Shown piece by piece: positions 1-14,006 of a stretch of DNA of 64,000 nt (positions are counted from its first letter, which is position 1; each line of letters starts with the position of its first letter). This DNA comes from Neocallimastix sp. 'constans' (lineage: Eukaryota), in NCBI GenBank assembly GCA_050613775.1, contig JBODTK010000010.1, positions 248,001 to 312,000 of the forward strand. Direction: 5' to 3'. A program made the translations under genes and the position numbers. The notes beneath the pieces were generated by a model that was not told the DNA's origin, did no database searches, and was given only the letters and a program-made list of their open reading frames with translations.

Positions 1-784
1 TATATCTTTATAATAAAAATTTAAATGAGAATAATGATAATAACAATTAAATTTATAATATATTTCTTTTTTATATTTATACAATTTATTTATATATATT
101 ACATTTTTTATTAAATAATTCACATATAATTATGATATATATAATATCATATAAATAATTAATATAATAATAATTGATATATTAAAAAAATAATAATAAA
201 ATTAATAAGAAAATAAATTCTAGACATAATCACTATAATGGTAAAGTTAACAAAAATTTTTATTTCAACAATAAAATTCAATTTAATTATTTATATTTCA
301 ATAATTTTTTTTTCTTTATAAGTATAATTTAATATTTAATTAAGATAAAATTACTATATTTTTATTTTAATATTTTTATCGAAATTAATTGGATTATATA
401 TAAGCATGTATATTAATTGAAAAAATTATGAAATACAAAAATATTTATAAAATTTAAAATTATATGAAAATAATTATAATAACATCTTAGTAATATTTTT
501 AATTTGCTTTATTATAAATGCAATTACATTTAAATTTAACAATTAAAATTAAAATTAGAATTAAAAAAAAAAAAAAAAAAAAAAGGAAAAAACATTTTGA
601 TCAATCATTACATTAGTAATTTATACTATTTAGTATTAATAATAGATATCATTAAATGAAATGTATAAAAATTGAAAAAAGATAATCCACCTTAGTTACA
701 AAGTCATTCAATAACAATATAGTTAAATTAGACATAAAAAAAAGTCTTTCATTTATATACTAATTAAAATTAGACTTATTAAAC

Positions 785-827
<43 letters not shown>

Positions 828-1293
828 CAATTGAAATATTTATACAAAAAGAAATATAAATATAATAGTAGAATAGTAGTATACTTTTTTAATTTATAAT
901 AAAAAAAAAAAAAAATACTTTAAATAAATTGATATATTATTAATTCAAATAATTAAATTTTCATGAATTTAATAAGTCTAATTAAAGAGTTAGAGTAGAG
1001 AATATAAAGATAATTATTAATTTAAAAATTTTTCATTAATGCTAGTAATATTAATGATAATAATAAACAATATTAATATAATTATGAAGATAATCAGTAT
1101 TAAAATTACAATATTTTTTTAATAATATATTATATTATAAGTTTTTTTTTTTATAAATAATTAATAATAATTAATTCATTTAGCCTAAAAAATTACAATA
1201 TATGTATATATATTTATTAATAAATTAAGTAGGAATAAATAGTTTATACAAATAATAGTAATAATATAATTTAGAAAAAAAATAGTATATAAT

Positions 1294-1328
<35 letters not shown>

Positions 1329-1394
1329 CATTATTTTAGTTAATTTATTTTTTTATTTTTATTATTATTATTATTATTTTCTTTTAATAAATAG

Positions 1395-2245
1395 GACCAC
1401 CACCTAAAGGAAATATTAATTCAGGAAGAAATAATTATGTTGCGTCAAAACCTAGAAACTTAGATAATTATAGATCACAGCCATATTATCCTCAAAGTCG
1501 AGGAGGAAGAGATTCAAGTAATCATCGCGGTAGTTATTATGACAGACCACCTAATGGTAATAGTAGACATTCATACAAGCCTCCAATGAATCATGACCGA
1601 AGCTATTATTCACCACCTCCACCACCACCTCCACCTCATTCTTCTGGAAGTTATAGAAACTCCTATCCATCATCTTATGACCGTTATGATCGTAATGATA
1701 ATCTTCCACCATTACCACCACAAAATTACGATCGTTATGATCATAATGATAATCCTCCTTATTATGATCGTTACGATGATCGTGGTAACGGTAGTATGTA
1801 TGATAGTCGTGATCGTGGAAGAGGAGATTCTTCACTAGCACCACCTCCACGTCAAGACCGTTACAGTAAAGGAGGTAGAATGAGTGGTAGTGGAAATTAT
1901 GATAAATATGATAGAAGTGGTGGTAGTGGGCCCAGTGGTAATCCACCATCTCAATACTATAATGGTCGTAGAGATAGTGCACCACCACCTCCACCGCCTC
2001 CACCACCTATGTATGATCATCGTAATAAAAGAGGATTACCACCACCAGCCCCACGTTATGACCGAAGAGATCATAATCCACCTCAAAATAGTGGAAGTTA
2101 TTATTCAAGTGGTAAAAATGGTATAAATGGAGGTGGTGGTGGTAGAGGTTATTATAGTCGAGGAGGTTCACCCCCACCACGTCCAATGAGCAATCCACCA
2201 CCTTATGGTAATTATAGGGGAGGTGGTGGCTGGAAAAGAAAATAA
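1395..2245 (+). CDS. Terminal exon of a Pro/Gly/Arg/Tyr-rich low-complexity protein (possibly an RNA-binding protein tail); 5' part of the gene lies mostly outside the window
   Basis: Acceptor AG at 1393-1394 after a poly-T tract. Open frame (G)PPPKGNINSGRNNY... runs into ORF 1586..2245 (PPPP, RGG, YDRYD motifs) and ends WKRK-TAA. A candidate upstream 17-nt exon at 224..240 fits the phase. Confidence 0.75.
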
Positions 2246-2366
2246 AATTAGAAAAATAAATAAAAAATAAATTAAATAAGTGAATAAAAAAGAATATATA
2301 TATAATTATATATATATACGTAAATATACAATGCAATATAATAAAATAAAATTAATAAGAAATAAT

Positions 2367-2407
<41 letters not shown>

Positions 2408-2842
2408 TAAATAAAGTAATGATTTTTATTTTATATTTATTTTATTATATTTTTTATTCTAGTTTATATATTTTAATTTTTAAATTTTTTTTTTTTTAAA
2501 ATTTTTTTTTTATTACTATTTATATTTTTATTTTTATTTTTATTTTTATTTTTTTTTTTATTTATAATATAAAAGTAATAATAATAATAATACTAATTTA
2601 ATAAAATTTAATACTTTAATCAACTTTACGCCATTTATATTAAATACATATACACATATTAATAATTTATATATAAAACAATATATAAAAAAAAAAAAAG
2701 TTAGTAATAAAAGTAATAAGAATGATATTTAATATCTTTTCTTATGTATTTATTTATTGAAAAGTAAATGATAAATTTTTGTTTTATTCTTTTGTAATTT
2801 TTTTTTTTTTTTTTTAATTAACATAATTTTTTATTTTCTTCG

Positions 2843-2874
<32 letters not shown>

Positions 2875-3490
2875 GTATTGTTTTTTATTTTTATATTTTT
2901 ATAATAATTTCTTTTTTAAAATTAAATTAAATAAAATATAATATAATAAAATTAAATAAAAATTTTATGTTTTTAATAATAAATCTATTTTAATAAGAAC
3001 TTATTTATGGAATGATTTAACTTTTATAAAATTTCAAAGTCATTATTAAATATAGCGATTATTAATTCCCACTATATTATATCTAATATTTAATATTTCA
3101 ATATAAAGTATAGATTGAATAAAGAATTAACATATAAAAAATTGAATAATATAAAAAAAAAAAAAAAAAACTTAAATAAATGAAATATACATTATATACA
3201 GCTTATTTATTATATATAAAAAATATATAAATATTTATTTTTTATTCGTTTATTTGTTTTGTTTTGTTTTGTTTTTAATATTTTATTTTTAATATATACA
3301 GTGCCTTTAATTATTAATTAATTATTAAAAAAAAATTATAAAAAACTATTTTATTTAAAGATTAAATGAAATAGAATTAAATAATACATAGTATAAAACT
3401 TATTAATTTAATAATAATAATGGTAATTTGAATTTTTAATTTTTTTTTTCTACACTATATAATAATTGTGATTAAGATGGTTTAACTTTA

Positions 3491-3651
3491 TTAATTATCT
3501 TGTTTTTCTTTAACTTTTTTGTCTTCACCAAGTTCACCACTAATCCAAGCGTTGATCATATCTTCAGAAGCTTGTGGTTGATCATATGGAACCTAAAATT
3601 AATTTATATTAATAGTAAATCAATATTATAATTATTATAACAAACGTTTAA

Positions 3652-3690
<39 letters not shown>

Positions 3691-5920
3691 ATATTTACCA
3701 TATGACCAGCTTGGTAAAGTCTTAAGAATGTGAAGTTCATGTAGGAACGAAGTTGACCATAACTGTTTCCTGGTTCTTTATCTTTTTGGTAACCATACCA
3801 TTCTTTATCAATTGCAAAGTTGTATCCTAATTTACCATCCCAATCTAATTCCATTGTCCAAGCCTTGTTACCAATCCAATTACAAATGAAATCAGCATCA
3901 CCAGCGTAAATTAAAACTTTAGTACCTGATTCAAGAATTTCTGGTAAAAATCTAACATATGGAAGCATCCTTTTTATATATATTTATATATAAATTAAAC
4001 ATAATAAAATTATATAATAATAATAATAATTATAATTATAATTATAATTATAATTAATGTATCATAACATTAAGAAAAAAAAATATTATTATCTTAATAA
4101 TATTTACCAGTCACCAGCAGATTGGAAGTCCATGTTAATTTGCATATTACAACTCTTATATTTCATATGTGAATCAACACCAAGAACCTTCTTTACATCA
4201 TCTCTATTTAAGTATGTTTCAATATCACCCATAATAGAGTAGCAGAGATTTCCATCTTCACAGTTTGTACGAACATCATAAACGTTTCTACCAGTCTTTT
4301 GGAATGGACCAATTAAAGCATTGTTACAATAGATGGAAGATGGTACACAAATGAATGGCTATTATATAATAAAAATTAAATAAATTATTAATTTAATATA
4401 ATTGAAAAATTATTAACTTTAATGATTAATTTTTAAAAAAAATTTTTTTTACTATTTTTATTTTACATTTTCCCATTGGTAGCAAGAACCAATTAATCTA
4501 ACACAAGTACCTTCTTTCTTGTGCATGTTCATGCATTCTTCTTCACTAATTAATGGTCCATCTATATTTATAATAAATAAAAGAATATATTATTATTACT
4601 ATGTTTTTCTTTTTTTTTTTTTTTTTTTTTTTTGTTATTATTATAATTTATACATAGATTTTTCCTTTTTTTAAAAAAAATAATAAAATAAAATAGAGAA
4701 TAAACAAAAAACAAAATAAAATAACAAAATGTATTAAATAAATATTTACAGTCAGAACCACAAGCCATTTCAGTGTAATAACGATATTGAACAAATGGAT
4801 CAACCATACCATTACCAATACCTAAACTTTCTAAATCAATTTTAACTAAACTCTTTTGTTCTTGAGCAGTGAATATACTCTTGATATTAACGTCTTCTAA
4901 TTCTTTATTATGAGTAATAATTTCATTACCTATAGCTGGAATGTAATGTCCTGCATAACTTTCACCAAAAACATGAACCTTACGATTGAATTGTGGGAAT
5001 TTCTTAAAGAAGAGTTGTAAGAAAGCATATACATCCTTACCAGCTGAAATAGTATCTTTAATATTTTTAGAATCAGAATATGAGTAACCAACATTAACTG
5101 GTTGATCTAAGAAAAGTAAATTGGCCTTATTATTCCAGGAATATTCATTGTTAACGGTAGAATTACCAGATGGTGTAACACGACATGGACCTAATTCCAT
5201 TAAAAGGCCAGTTAAGGAAGAACAACCTGGACCACCATTTAACCAAAGAATAGTTGGATCAGTTTCTGGGTTTGAACGAGATTCAAAGAACCAGAAGAAG
5301 AAATGCTATTTTAAAAAGAAAAGAAAAGAAAAAAAAATATATATATATATATATAAACAATTATATTTTAATTAATATATTTTATAATTAATTATAAAAT
5401 CATTAAATAATTTAAAGATAAATATAGTGTAACTTTTTACTTATTAAATATATAATATTAAGTATTCAATTTAATTAATTGTAATTTGAATTGCTTATAT
5501 AGATTATTTAAATTCTTTTATAAATTAAAATAAAATTTATTATATTTCATATTTAATTTTTTTTTTTTAAAAAAAAAAAAATAATAATAATTATAATAAG
5601 AAGAAGTAGAAGAAGAAGAAAGGGAAGAAAATGAAATTAAAAATTACCTTATCTTCATCATCAATATCTAAGTAACCAGCATATTGATTAACACCTTCAG
5701 TAGTTTCACAAATATCTGGTTCACGGTAACGAAGTTGAATAGAAGGAAAAGCAGCATGGGTAACAATAGCCCAATCAGATAATTTAGGTTGATCCTTAAA
5801 AGTTAATTCGTCACCTGCTGGATCTTGAAGAAGAATTTGTTGTTTGAAATTATAACCAAAAACATTGGTTGTTATCAAACTTAAAGCGGTGCATAAAAAC
5901 GCTGTATTTAAAAATCTCAT
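3491..5920 (-). CDS. Secreted/vacuolar serine carboxypeptidase, family S10 (carboxypeptidase Y-like), 6 exons
   Basis: Exons 5920-5648, 5305-4750, 4561-4467, 4358-4108, 3969-3699, 3592-3491; all introns GT-AG and phase-consistent. Signal peptide [13 protein letters not shown]; motifs [35 protein letters not shown] (catalytic Ser), [11 protein letters not shown] (Asp), AGHMVPYDQP (His). Confidence 0.95.
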
Positions 5921-5984
5921 ATTTTTTATTATATTTTTAGCTTCTTAATTTTTCAATTCCTATTCCTTTTTTATTGTCTAATCC

Positions 5985-6021
<37 letters not shown>

Positions 6022-8834
6022 TAATTTATTTAATTATTTAAATATATATAATTTTTATATATATTAAATAAATATATATTAAAGTTAAAATTTTATATAT
6101 ATATATATATATAATAAAATTGAATAAATATTAAATAGTTAGTTAAAAAAAATAATATAAATTAATTATATAAAAGTAAAAATAAGAAATAATATTTTTA
6201 AAAAAATGCAATATGAAATATATAATCATTAATTATTTTCTCATTTATATTCCATTGAATTTTAAAAGATGTTTGATTTTATATCCATTTAATTATACAT
6301 TAACTTTTCCTATAATATTTCTTTACGAATTAGTATTTCAAATTCAAATAAAAATAATTTTTAATATTATTATTATAAGTTTTTTTTTTATTTTGGAATT
6401 ATACTTTATATATATATAAATAATTTTACTTATTAGATTTTATTTTATTTTTCTTATATTCTTATAAATAGATATAGAAGTGAAAATTATTTTAAATTAT
6501 ATAAAAAAAAAATATTTTTTAATGGATAATAATTCATAAAATATAAAATTATTAAATTTTCTTTAAATTATCCTTTATACAATAATATTGTTAACAATAT
6601 TATATAAATTTATTTTACGCGAAAATACTATAAATTTTATTATATGTTCTTTGCAATTATTTACAAAAGTTAAAGTTTCATCAATTATCATTTTATCATT
6701 TACTTTATTTAAAAGACATTTCACTTTTATATAAAAAATACTAATATTTTTTTAAATAAATAAGAATAAAAAATTTACTTTTTTGTTTAGTTTATATGAT
6801 ATTAACCTTTCTTTTTTTTTTTTTATTATTTCTATGTAAAAATTACTATTTAAATTAATAAGTTCTATTAGGATAAAAAAAAAAATCACTAAAAATTTAT
6901 AGTATATATTTTTATCTTTTTTTTTTTATTATTTTAAAAATATATATAATTTTTATTTTTATTTTTATTTTTTTTATTTTTTTTTTTTGTTATAAAATAA
7001 AATTTACTTAATATTATATTAAATTTTTATATATTAATTTGTATTTAAATTATTTAATAATATAAATGCACGGAGAAATAAATATTTGAAAATAATTATA
7101 AATTGGTTTATAACTATTTATTTACTATTTATTATTTATTTATTTATTTATTATTTATTTATTTATTTTTTACTTATTTATCTATTCAATATTATTTAAA
7201 AATTTAATATAAATTTGGAATAAATATAAATAAATATTATATAATATACATTTTTACATAATTAAATTTAAACTTTTTTATTAAGAGAAAAAACATATAT
7301 TATAATATATTACAATAAATTACATATTTTTATAGATAATTTCATTATTTAAAATTTTAATTAAATTTTAATTAATTTATTAGCAGCATGATTATTTAAA
7401 TTAAAAAAAAAAAAAATAAGAAAATTTTATAATTTTATACAAAAACAAAACTTTAAAATAATAATATATGCATTTATATAAAAGCTATCATACAGTATAA
7501 AATTTGATTTTTTATAATAAATATATATATAATAAATAAAACCTTTTAAATATAATATTTTTTATATAATACTATAGATAATAAAATAAACATGAACATA
7601 AATATAATAAATACATAATAATAGAAAATACTATATTTAATAAAAAGTATATAATAATTAATGAAATTTTCAAATTTAAATTCACATATGTATAATATAT
7701 ATAAATTTATTTTAATTAATGTAAAAAATTTAAGTAAAAATAAAAATAATTAAGATTATATATAAATAATATAAATAATTGAAAAAAAAAATTATATTTA
7801 ATCTTAATAGTAATAAGTTTAATAGTAAAAAAAATCATTTTTATTTGATTAAAATCACATATTTTATCTTTTTTTTTTTTTTTTGTCATTTATAAATATT
7901 ATAATATTTATTTAAAATACTTTCGAATTATATAATAATAAAAGTTATCATAAAAAAAAATAAAAAATTGAATTTTTTATTTTAATTTTATTACAAAAAC
8001 ATATCAATTTTATTAGTTATTAAAATTAATGATTAAGAAACTATTATAGCTAAATAAAAAAAAAATTATTATACAATTTTCAATATATATTATCTAATGA
8101 TATTTTTTTTTTTTTTTAACTTTTATTTTATGAAAAAAATGTAATATAAATATTAACAATATGTCTCTAACTCGTTAAAAATCTTTTTTTTTTTTTTTTT
8201 TATTATGAATTATTTAATTATTTAATATTAATTTTACATATTTCCAATAATATAAATAATATAATAATTTAATAATTTAATTAATTATTCAAAGAATGTT
8301 AAAATATAAATAGAAAAGAACTTTATAATTTTTAATAATATACTTATTTTTACGTACTAAATTTTTTTTTTTTTTATTAAATATAGAATTAAATTTATTT
8401 ATTTTGATATATAATTTTTTTTTTTTTTTGATTTTTTTTTTAATAAACTTTATTATTGTTTATATTATACCATCATAAAATAAAAATATATTTAAACAAT
8501 TATAGTAATAATTTAATAACTAACTAAATTTACCGACAATGTCAAATTTCTAAGGTTTTTTACTTGGAATTTGGGGTTATGACATTTAACAATGAGTGTT
8601 TCCAGATGCACTTGTAGATGAGTATATAATTTCAACTGGACTAACTGTGGGCCTTTCTACATTGTTTCCCCACAATTAATGGTATATTATTAGCTTAACT
8701 AGGATGAGATTTATGTAAGAGTCAAGTACAGTTAACAGTTTGGTTCCAATTGATCTGAGAGAATTGTATCATTGACCATTCCTCTTCTGGAAAGTCTTGC
8801 CTAAGGATTAGATCTATACCGAAACGGTTAAGGC

Positions 8835-9107
8835 GGGTGTGGGGCATTTCGCCAAATTGCATTTCGCCAAGTTGCGTTTCGCCAATTTTTTTGAAAGCAT
8901 GTGGCGTATTAAAAAAATGTGGCATTTCGCCAAATTGCATTTCGCCAAGTTGCATTTCGCCAAATTGAGAATTATTAAATAAATAAATAAATCAATAAAT
9001 AAAATTAAATATTATTAATATCGCATAAAAACAATTTTAAAAAATATTTTGAATTAATATTTATTTATTTATTCATTTATTTATATCAATACTCTACTTG
9101 TCGAAAT
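8835..9107. mobile_element. Truncated copy of a Mutator-like MITE with 15-bp subterminal repeats (GCATTTCGCCAA)
   Basis: Starts GGGTGTGGGGCATTTCGCCAA and carries six units of the 15-bp repeat. 8921-9107 aligns with the interior of the copy at 9271-9479. The right TIR breaks off after TTGTCGAAAT. Confidence 0.65.
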
Positions 9108-9120
9108 TGGAAACTAATTA

Positions 9121-9182
9121 TCTACTATAATACGTAAAAGGGGTAAGGGGTTCAATTGCCCTCTTTTCTTAGTATTTTCTAG
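9121..9182 (+). mobile_element. Minimal (62 bp) non-autonomous Helitron-like element
   Basis: 5' end TCTACTATAAT and 3' end CTAG, inserted between A(9120) and T(9183). Internal hairpin AAAAGGGGTAA...TTGCCCTCTTTT ends about 12 nt before the CTAG. Confidence 0.55.
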
Positions 9183-9270
9183 TCTAAAAAAAAATTATTA
9201 TTATTGTTATTAACAATAATCTTTAATTGAAAGAATAAATAATTATTAATAATAATATATATATTTATAT

Positions 9271-9332
9271 GGGAGTGGGGCATTTCGCCAAATTGCAATT
9301 CGCCAAGGTGCATTTCGCCAAGTTGAAAATTA

Positions 9333-9364
<32 letters not shown>

Positions 9365-9479
9365 AATTAAATATCATTAATATTGAATAAAAACAATTTT
9401 AAAGAAAATTATTTTGAATTAATAATTATTTATCCATTTATTTATATCAATACTCCACTTGTCGAAATGCAACTCTCCC
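9271..9479. mobile_element. Complete Mutator (MULE)-type MITE, 209 bp
   Basis: Imperfect TIRs: GGGAGTGGGGCATTTCGCCAA vs (reverse complement) GGGAGAGTTGCATTTCGACAA. Flanked by a 9-bp direct repeat TATTTATAT (9262-9270 and 9480-9488), the TSD length typical of Mutator. Confidence 0.75.
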
Positions 9480-9566
9480 TATTTATATATATAAATATAA
9501 TTTGTTTAATATAAATATTGTCAATTGAGTTAGGATTATATATATAAACCGAAATATTATATATAT

Positions 9567-10550
9567 GGAAGTGTTGCATTTCAGCTTTATTTATAATGTG
9601 ACTTACTTAAATAAACACTTTAGCATTTTTTATTAAAATAATAATGATAAAATAATATTTAACTTCAAGAATATACTTTAATATTTTTTATTAAAATAAT
9701 AGAAAAATATTTGATAATTTTCAATTTTAAAAATATATTCTAATATTGTTTGTTAAAATAAAAAAAAAAAAAAAAATTGGTGATATTTATAAATTATAAA
9801 TATATTTTTTATTTATAATTATTTGTTCCTTTCCTCTATTTGCTTCACTTTTTTTCAGTTTTTGGATTTTTTTTTTCCTTTTTTTAATGGTTAAAAATAA
9901 AATATATTTACATTTTTATAATTTATTATTTATTTATTTAATTTAAACTTTTATTATTTATTTTTATTTTATTTTTCGTTTAATTAATTTTTTTTTAAAA
10001 ATGAACAATTATAAAGTGTTTGCTTGAAAATTAGTATTTTTAGTTTACAATTTAATTAGCATCTTAAATAATTTTATTAACAACTTTTATTATAATTTTA
10101 AATATTAAATAGTATATTATATATAAATAGGATATATTTTAATAATATATAGTTTATATTGTTTATGAATATAATTTTAAAAATTTTTTATAGGTCTCTT
10201 TTATATAGTTAAATTTAAAATATTTAATGTATTTAAATATGTATGATCCATCAAATGTATTTTGAAGGTATAAATATCATTAAAATATGTATTCTATAAA
10301 AATAAGCATTTTGCTTCAAATAAGTAAAGTTAGTAAAAAAGCAAATATTGAAATTTTTATCAGTATTTGTGAGAAAAATTTTTTGATGTTTTAAATTTAA
10401 AAAAAAAAAAAAAATTAGCTCATTCATATTTATTTCTAGTTTTATTTATTTTAAATTATTATAATTATTTAAAAAAATTATAAATGTGGTGAGTTAAATT
10501 ATTAAATATAATTTTATTCATAAGCCACGTTCTGAAAATGCTACACTCTA
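9567..10550. mobile_element. ~1-kb non-autonomous TIR element related to the adjacent MITE family
   Basis: Left end GGAAGTGTTGCATTTCAG...AATGTGACTTA matches the reverse complement of the right end, AGAGTGTAGCATTTTCAGAACGTGGCTTA. Internal segment ~10085-10362 recurs at ~26070-26360. Confidence 0.5.
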
Positions 10551-10904
10551 TTTTATTATTACCAAAAAAAAAATTAATAATAATGAGGCGTATAAAATTT
10601 TTGATTATTTTTTTTATCAAATAAATTATATATATAAGTTTATAAATATATTTAATAACATTAATAAAATAGACATAAATTTTTCATGTTTTCGATATTC
10701 ATAAGCTTAAATTTGTTTTAATGCTTGCTTTTTCAATACATTCCTTTCTTTTTTTTATAGTAAATATTAATTTTTGTTGTTGTAATACTAAATTAAAGAG
10801 AGTGATTATATATAATATAGAAAAATCATTTATTATAGTGTTTAAAAGAAAAAAAAGAAATTGAAATATTTATAGAAATAAAAAATTTTTGTATATTATA
10901 TTAT

Positions 10905-11945
10905 ATTACCATTTTTATTATTGCTTTCTAATTTGTTGGTATGTTTTACTTATTATTAATTCTGACAAATATGGGAATCGCTTAACTACTAAAAGAAAAG
11001 TAAAACCAAATAATAGCTATCAACATTTCTTTTAGTGATCGCAGTTTTCTTTTCCATAATTTAAATATACAATTAAATACCCTTGATCCAATAATATTCA
11101 ACATGATTTTATATATATACATTTATATATATTGAAGGGGAAGTATTATTGAACATAAAATTATATGATTACTTTTTTTTTTTTTTTTTTTTTGTTTTTG
11201 TTTTTGTTTTTGTTTTTCGTTTTTAGTTTTATTATATTTAATTAGTTTATATTTTTGACAATATATTAAATTATTATTATTCATTATTTAATATTAATAA
11301 TATAATAATAAAAATACATATTATAACATTATTTATATATTTTATATATATATTGATATATTGCTTTATTTTTGTTATATTGTCAATGATCAAGGTAAAA
11401 TTACTTTTATTGGTGAAGATATTTCCAAGATTGAACTAGAATTCCATTTGAAAAATATTTTTATTATAATCCAAAGGGTTTATCTTTTCCAAGATACTAG
11501 TATTAATTAATATCAGGTTTGGTAGAGAAGATGAAACTAAGGAAGAAATTATTGAAGCTGCTTAGAAGGTTAGAAGGCTTGTGGTTATGATTTCATTATT
11601 AATCTTATAAACGGTTATGATACTATAGTAGGTGAAGGTGGTTTTACTTTTTTTGTTGATTATAAAGTAAAAAATATCTATTGCAAGAGCTATTCTTAAA
11701 GATTCTCCTGTTGCTTTTTTGGATGAAGATACCTCTTCTCTTGATTCAAAAAATGAAGCAGATATTCAAAAGACTATTTCTGAATTAATTGCTGGTCATA
11801 CTGTTATTGTTATTTTTCATCGCTTAAAGATCATAAAAGATGGTGATAATATTGTAATAAGATACACATGAAAAATTAATGAATAATAATGGTATTTACA
11901 AACGTTCATGGGATATTCAAGATAGGAATAATGGATGGACTAAAA
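10905..11945 (+). pseudogene. Degraded bacterial-type ABC exporter half-transporter (NBD C-terminal half plus upstream fragments)
   Basis: Fragments across stops and frameshifts: INISFSDRSF, DQGKITFIGEDISKIE, ACGYDFIINLINGYDTIVGEGG, ISIARAILKDSPVAFLDEDTSSLDSKNEADIQKTISELIAGHTVIVIFHRLK, THEKLMNNNGIYKRSWDIQDRNNGW. Walker B, D-loop and H-loop recognisable; LSGGQ signature destroyed; no introns. Confidence 0.85.
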
Positions 11946-13969
11946 GTTTAAAAAAAAATTTTTTTTAATATTAGATCTTAATGGAATTTTTTTTTTTTTT
12001 TAAAAAATTATATATTAATTAAAATAAAAAATATATTATGTATATAATCTTTATTTTTTTATTTTTTAAATTGTTAATATATATTAATAATAAATTAAAA
12101 ATATAAAAATAATTACATTGTTTTTTTTATATATTTATATTAATATATAATATATAAATATTAAAAAATATTAAAATATAAAGTTATATTAATATTCATT
12201 TATAAATATTATTAAATAAAGTTTGTACCTATTCTAAAAAACAAAAATAATACAAAAAAAAAAAAAAAAAAAAAAAAATTCATATTAATAAATCTATATA
12301 TCATATATAAATTAAATATATAATATGAATAAATCTCCAAAATATAAACTTTAATATTACTTTTATTATTATATATATATAATAATAATGATATGATAAA
12401 TAAATTATTATATAATAATGATTAATGAAATAAAATTAAAAAAGTATAAACTTATATAAATAGATAATACTTCTAAAATATTATTTTATTATTTAAATGG
12501 CATTCTCCTTATTTTTTATTAAAAACTTTTCTAATTAAATTTTTATAAAATATAAATATATTTTTATATATTATTAATATAAATAAAACACAAATTATTA
12601 AAAAGTTAAATTTCAAGTTGTCAATATTTTTGTGTATGAATATTTAATTATAATTTATAAATTTAACTTAATTTAAAACTTTGAATATTTAAATATAATT
12701 GATAAAGATTGTTTAATTATTTATTTGTATGCAGAATAATAAAAGTAGTATCATTTATATATACCTCATTTTTATTCTTGGCATTAAATTTTAATATTAA
12801 AGTATTAATTTTATTGATTTAAAAAATACATTTTTAATGGTAATGTTTTTACCTTTATTATACAAAGAATAATAACTAATGAATTAATATTAAAATAGAT
12901 ACATCATTATTTATTTCTACAAATGAATGTAGTAATATTAAAGCATTTTCAATCCATGTAATGATTTTAATTTAATTAAAAAATTATAATTATATAATTA
13001 ATGATATTAATGTAATATAAATAATGTTGAAATAAAACAATTAAAAAATGACCTTTAAATAACTAAAGATAGAGTATAATAATTATAATAAATTAATAAA
13101 TATAAATTAAAAAAATAAAAAAAAATATATAAATTTTTATATTAAAGAAACAATTTATATGAAAAAATATTTTAAAACATTTAAAAATATTAATGTCAAG
13201 TAGTTTTATTATTATTATTATTATTATTTTTTATATTTTTATTCTTACTTTCACTTTTATTTTTATTTTTTTTTTTTTTTTTATTTTTTATTTTTTAAAT
13301 TTTTTTTATTGTTACTTTTATTTTTAGTTTTATAAATAAATAGATATATAATAGGTTAGTAACATGAATATGAATTTTATAATTTAATTAATTATATATT
13401 AAAATATTAAAAGTCTAAAATCTAAAATATCTTTAATGTTAAACGGATTTGTGTAACCGTAAGACAATTTTTTGATTAAAAATAATAAAAATAGAAATTT
13501 TTTTTTTCTTTTTTTTATTTATTTAATAAAATAATTTATTAATATTTATTAATATTTATTAATATATCTTAAAAATATAAAAATTTGTATTAATAATATT
13601 TATTTTCAGGTGAAAAAAAAAAAAAAAGACATTCAAATAAATAATAATTAATAAAAACAAATAATAAAATTAATAAAAAAATTTTTAGCTTTTAATATAC
13701 ATACGAAATATTTTATTTACAAGATATTTAAAAAAAACAAATTATAATAAATAAAAAATAAAAATAATAAAATAATTAAATAATAAATATATTTTAAAAT
13801 ATAGAACAATAAAAAAAATATTTCAATATAAAACAGTAAAATTAAACAAACAAATATATATATATAAAAATAAAGATAGAAAAAATAAATATTTTTATTT
13901 TTAAATTATTTAAGATATTAGGATAATAAAAAATAAAATAATTTAAAAATCTTTTTTTGTATTTTGTAA

Positions 13970-14006
<37 letters not shown>

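Noticed and set aside
1551..2336. Several overlapping ORFs on both strands
   Set aside because: Shadow frames of the low-complexity Pro/Gly-rich exon; only the 1586..2245 frame has a matching splice acceptor and coherent composition.
8722..8955. ORF MQLGEMQFGEMPH... and CRISPR-like look of the GCATTTCGCCAA repeats
   Set aside because: The peptide is the translation of a 15-bp tandem unit. There are no unique spacers or cas genes, and the repeats are explained as MITE subterminal repeats.
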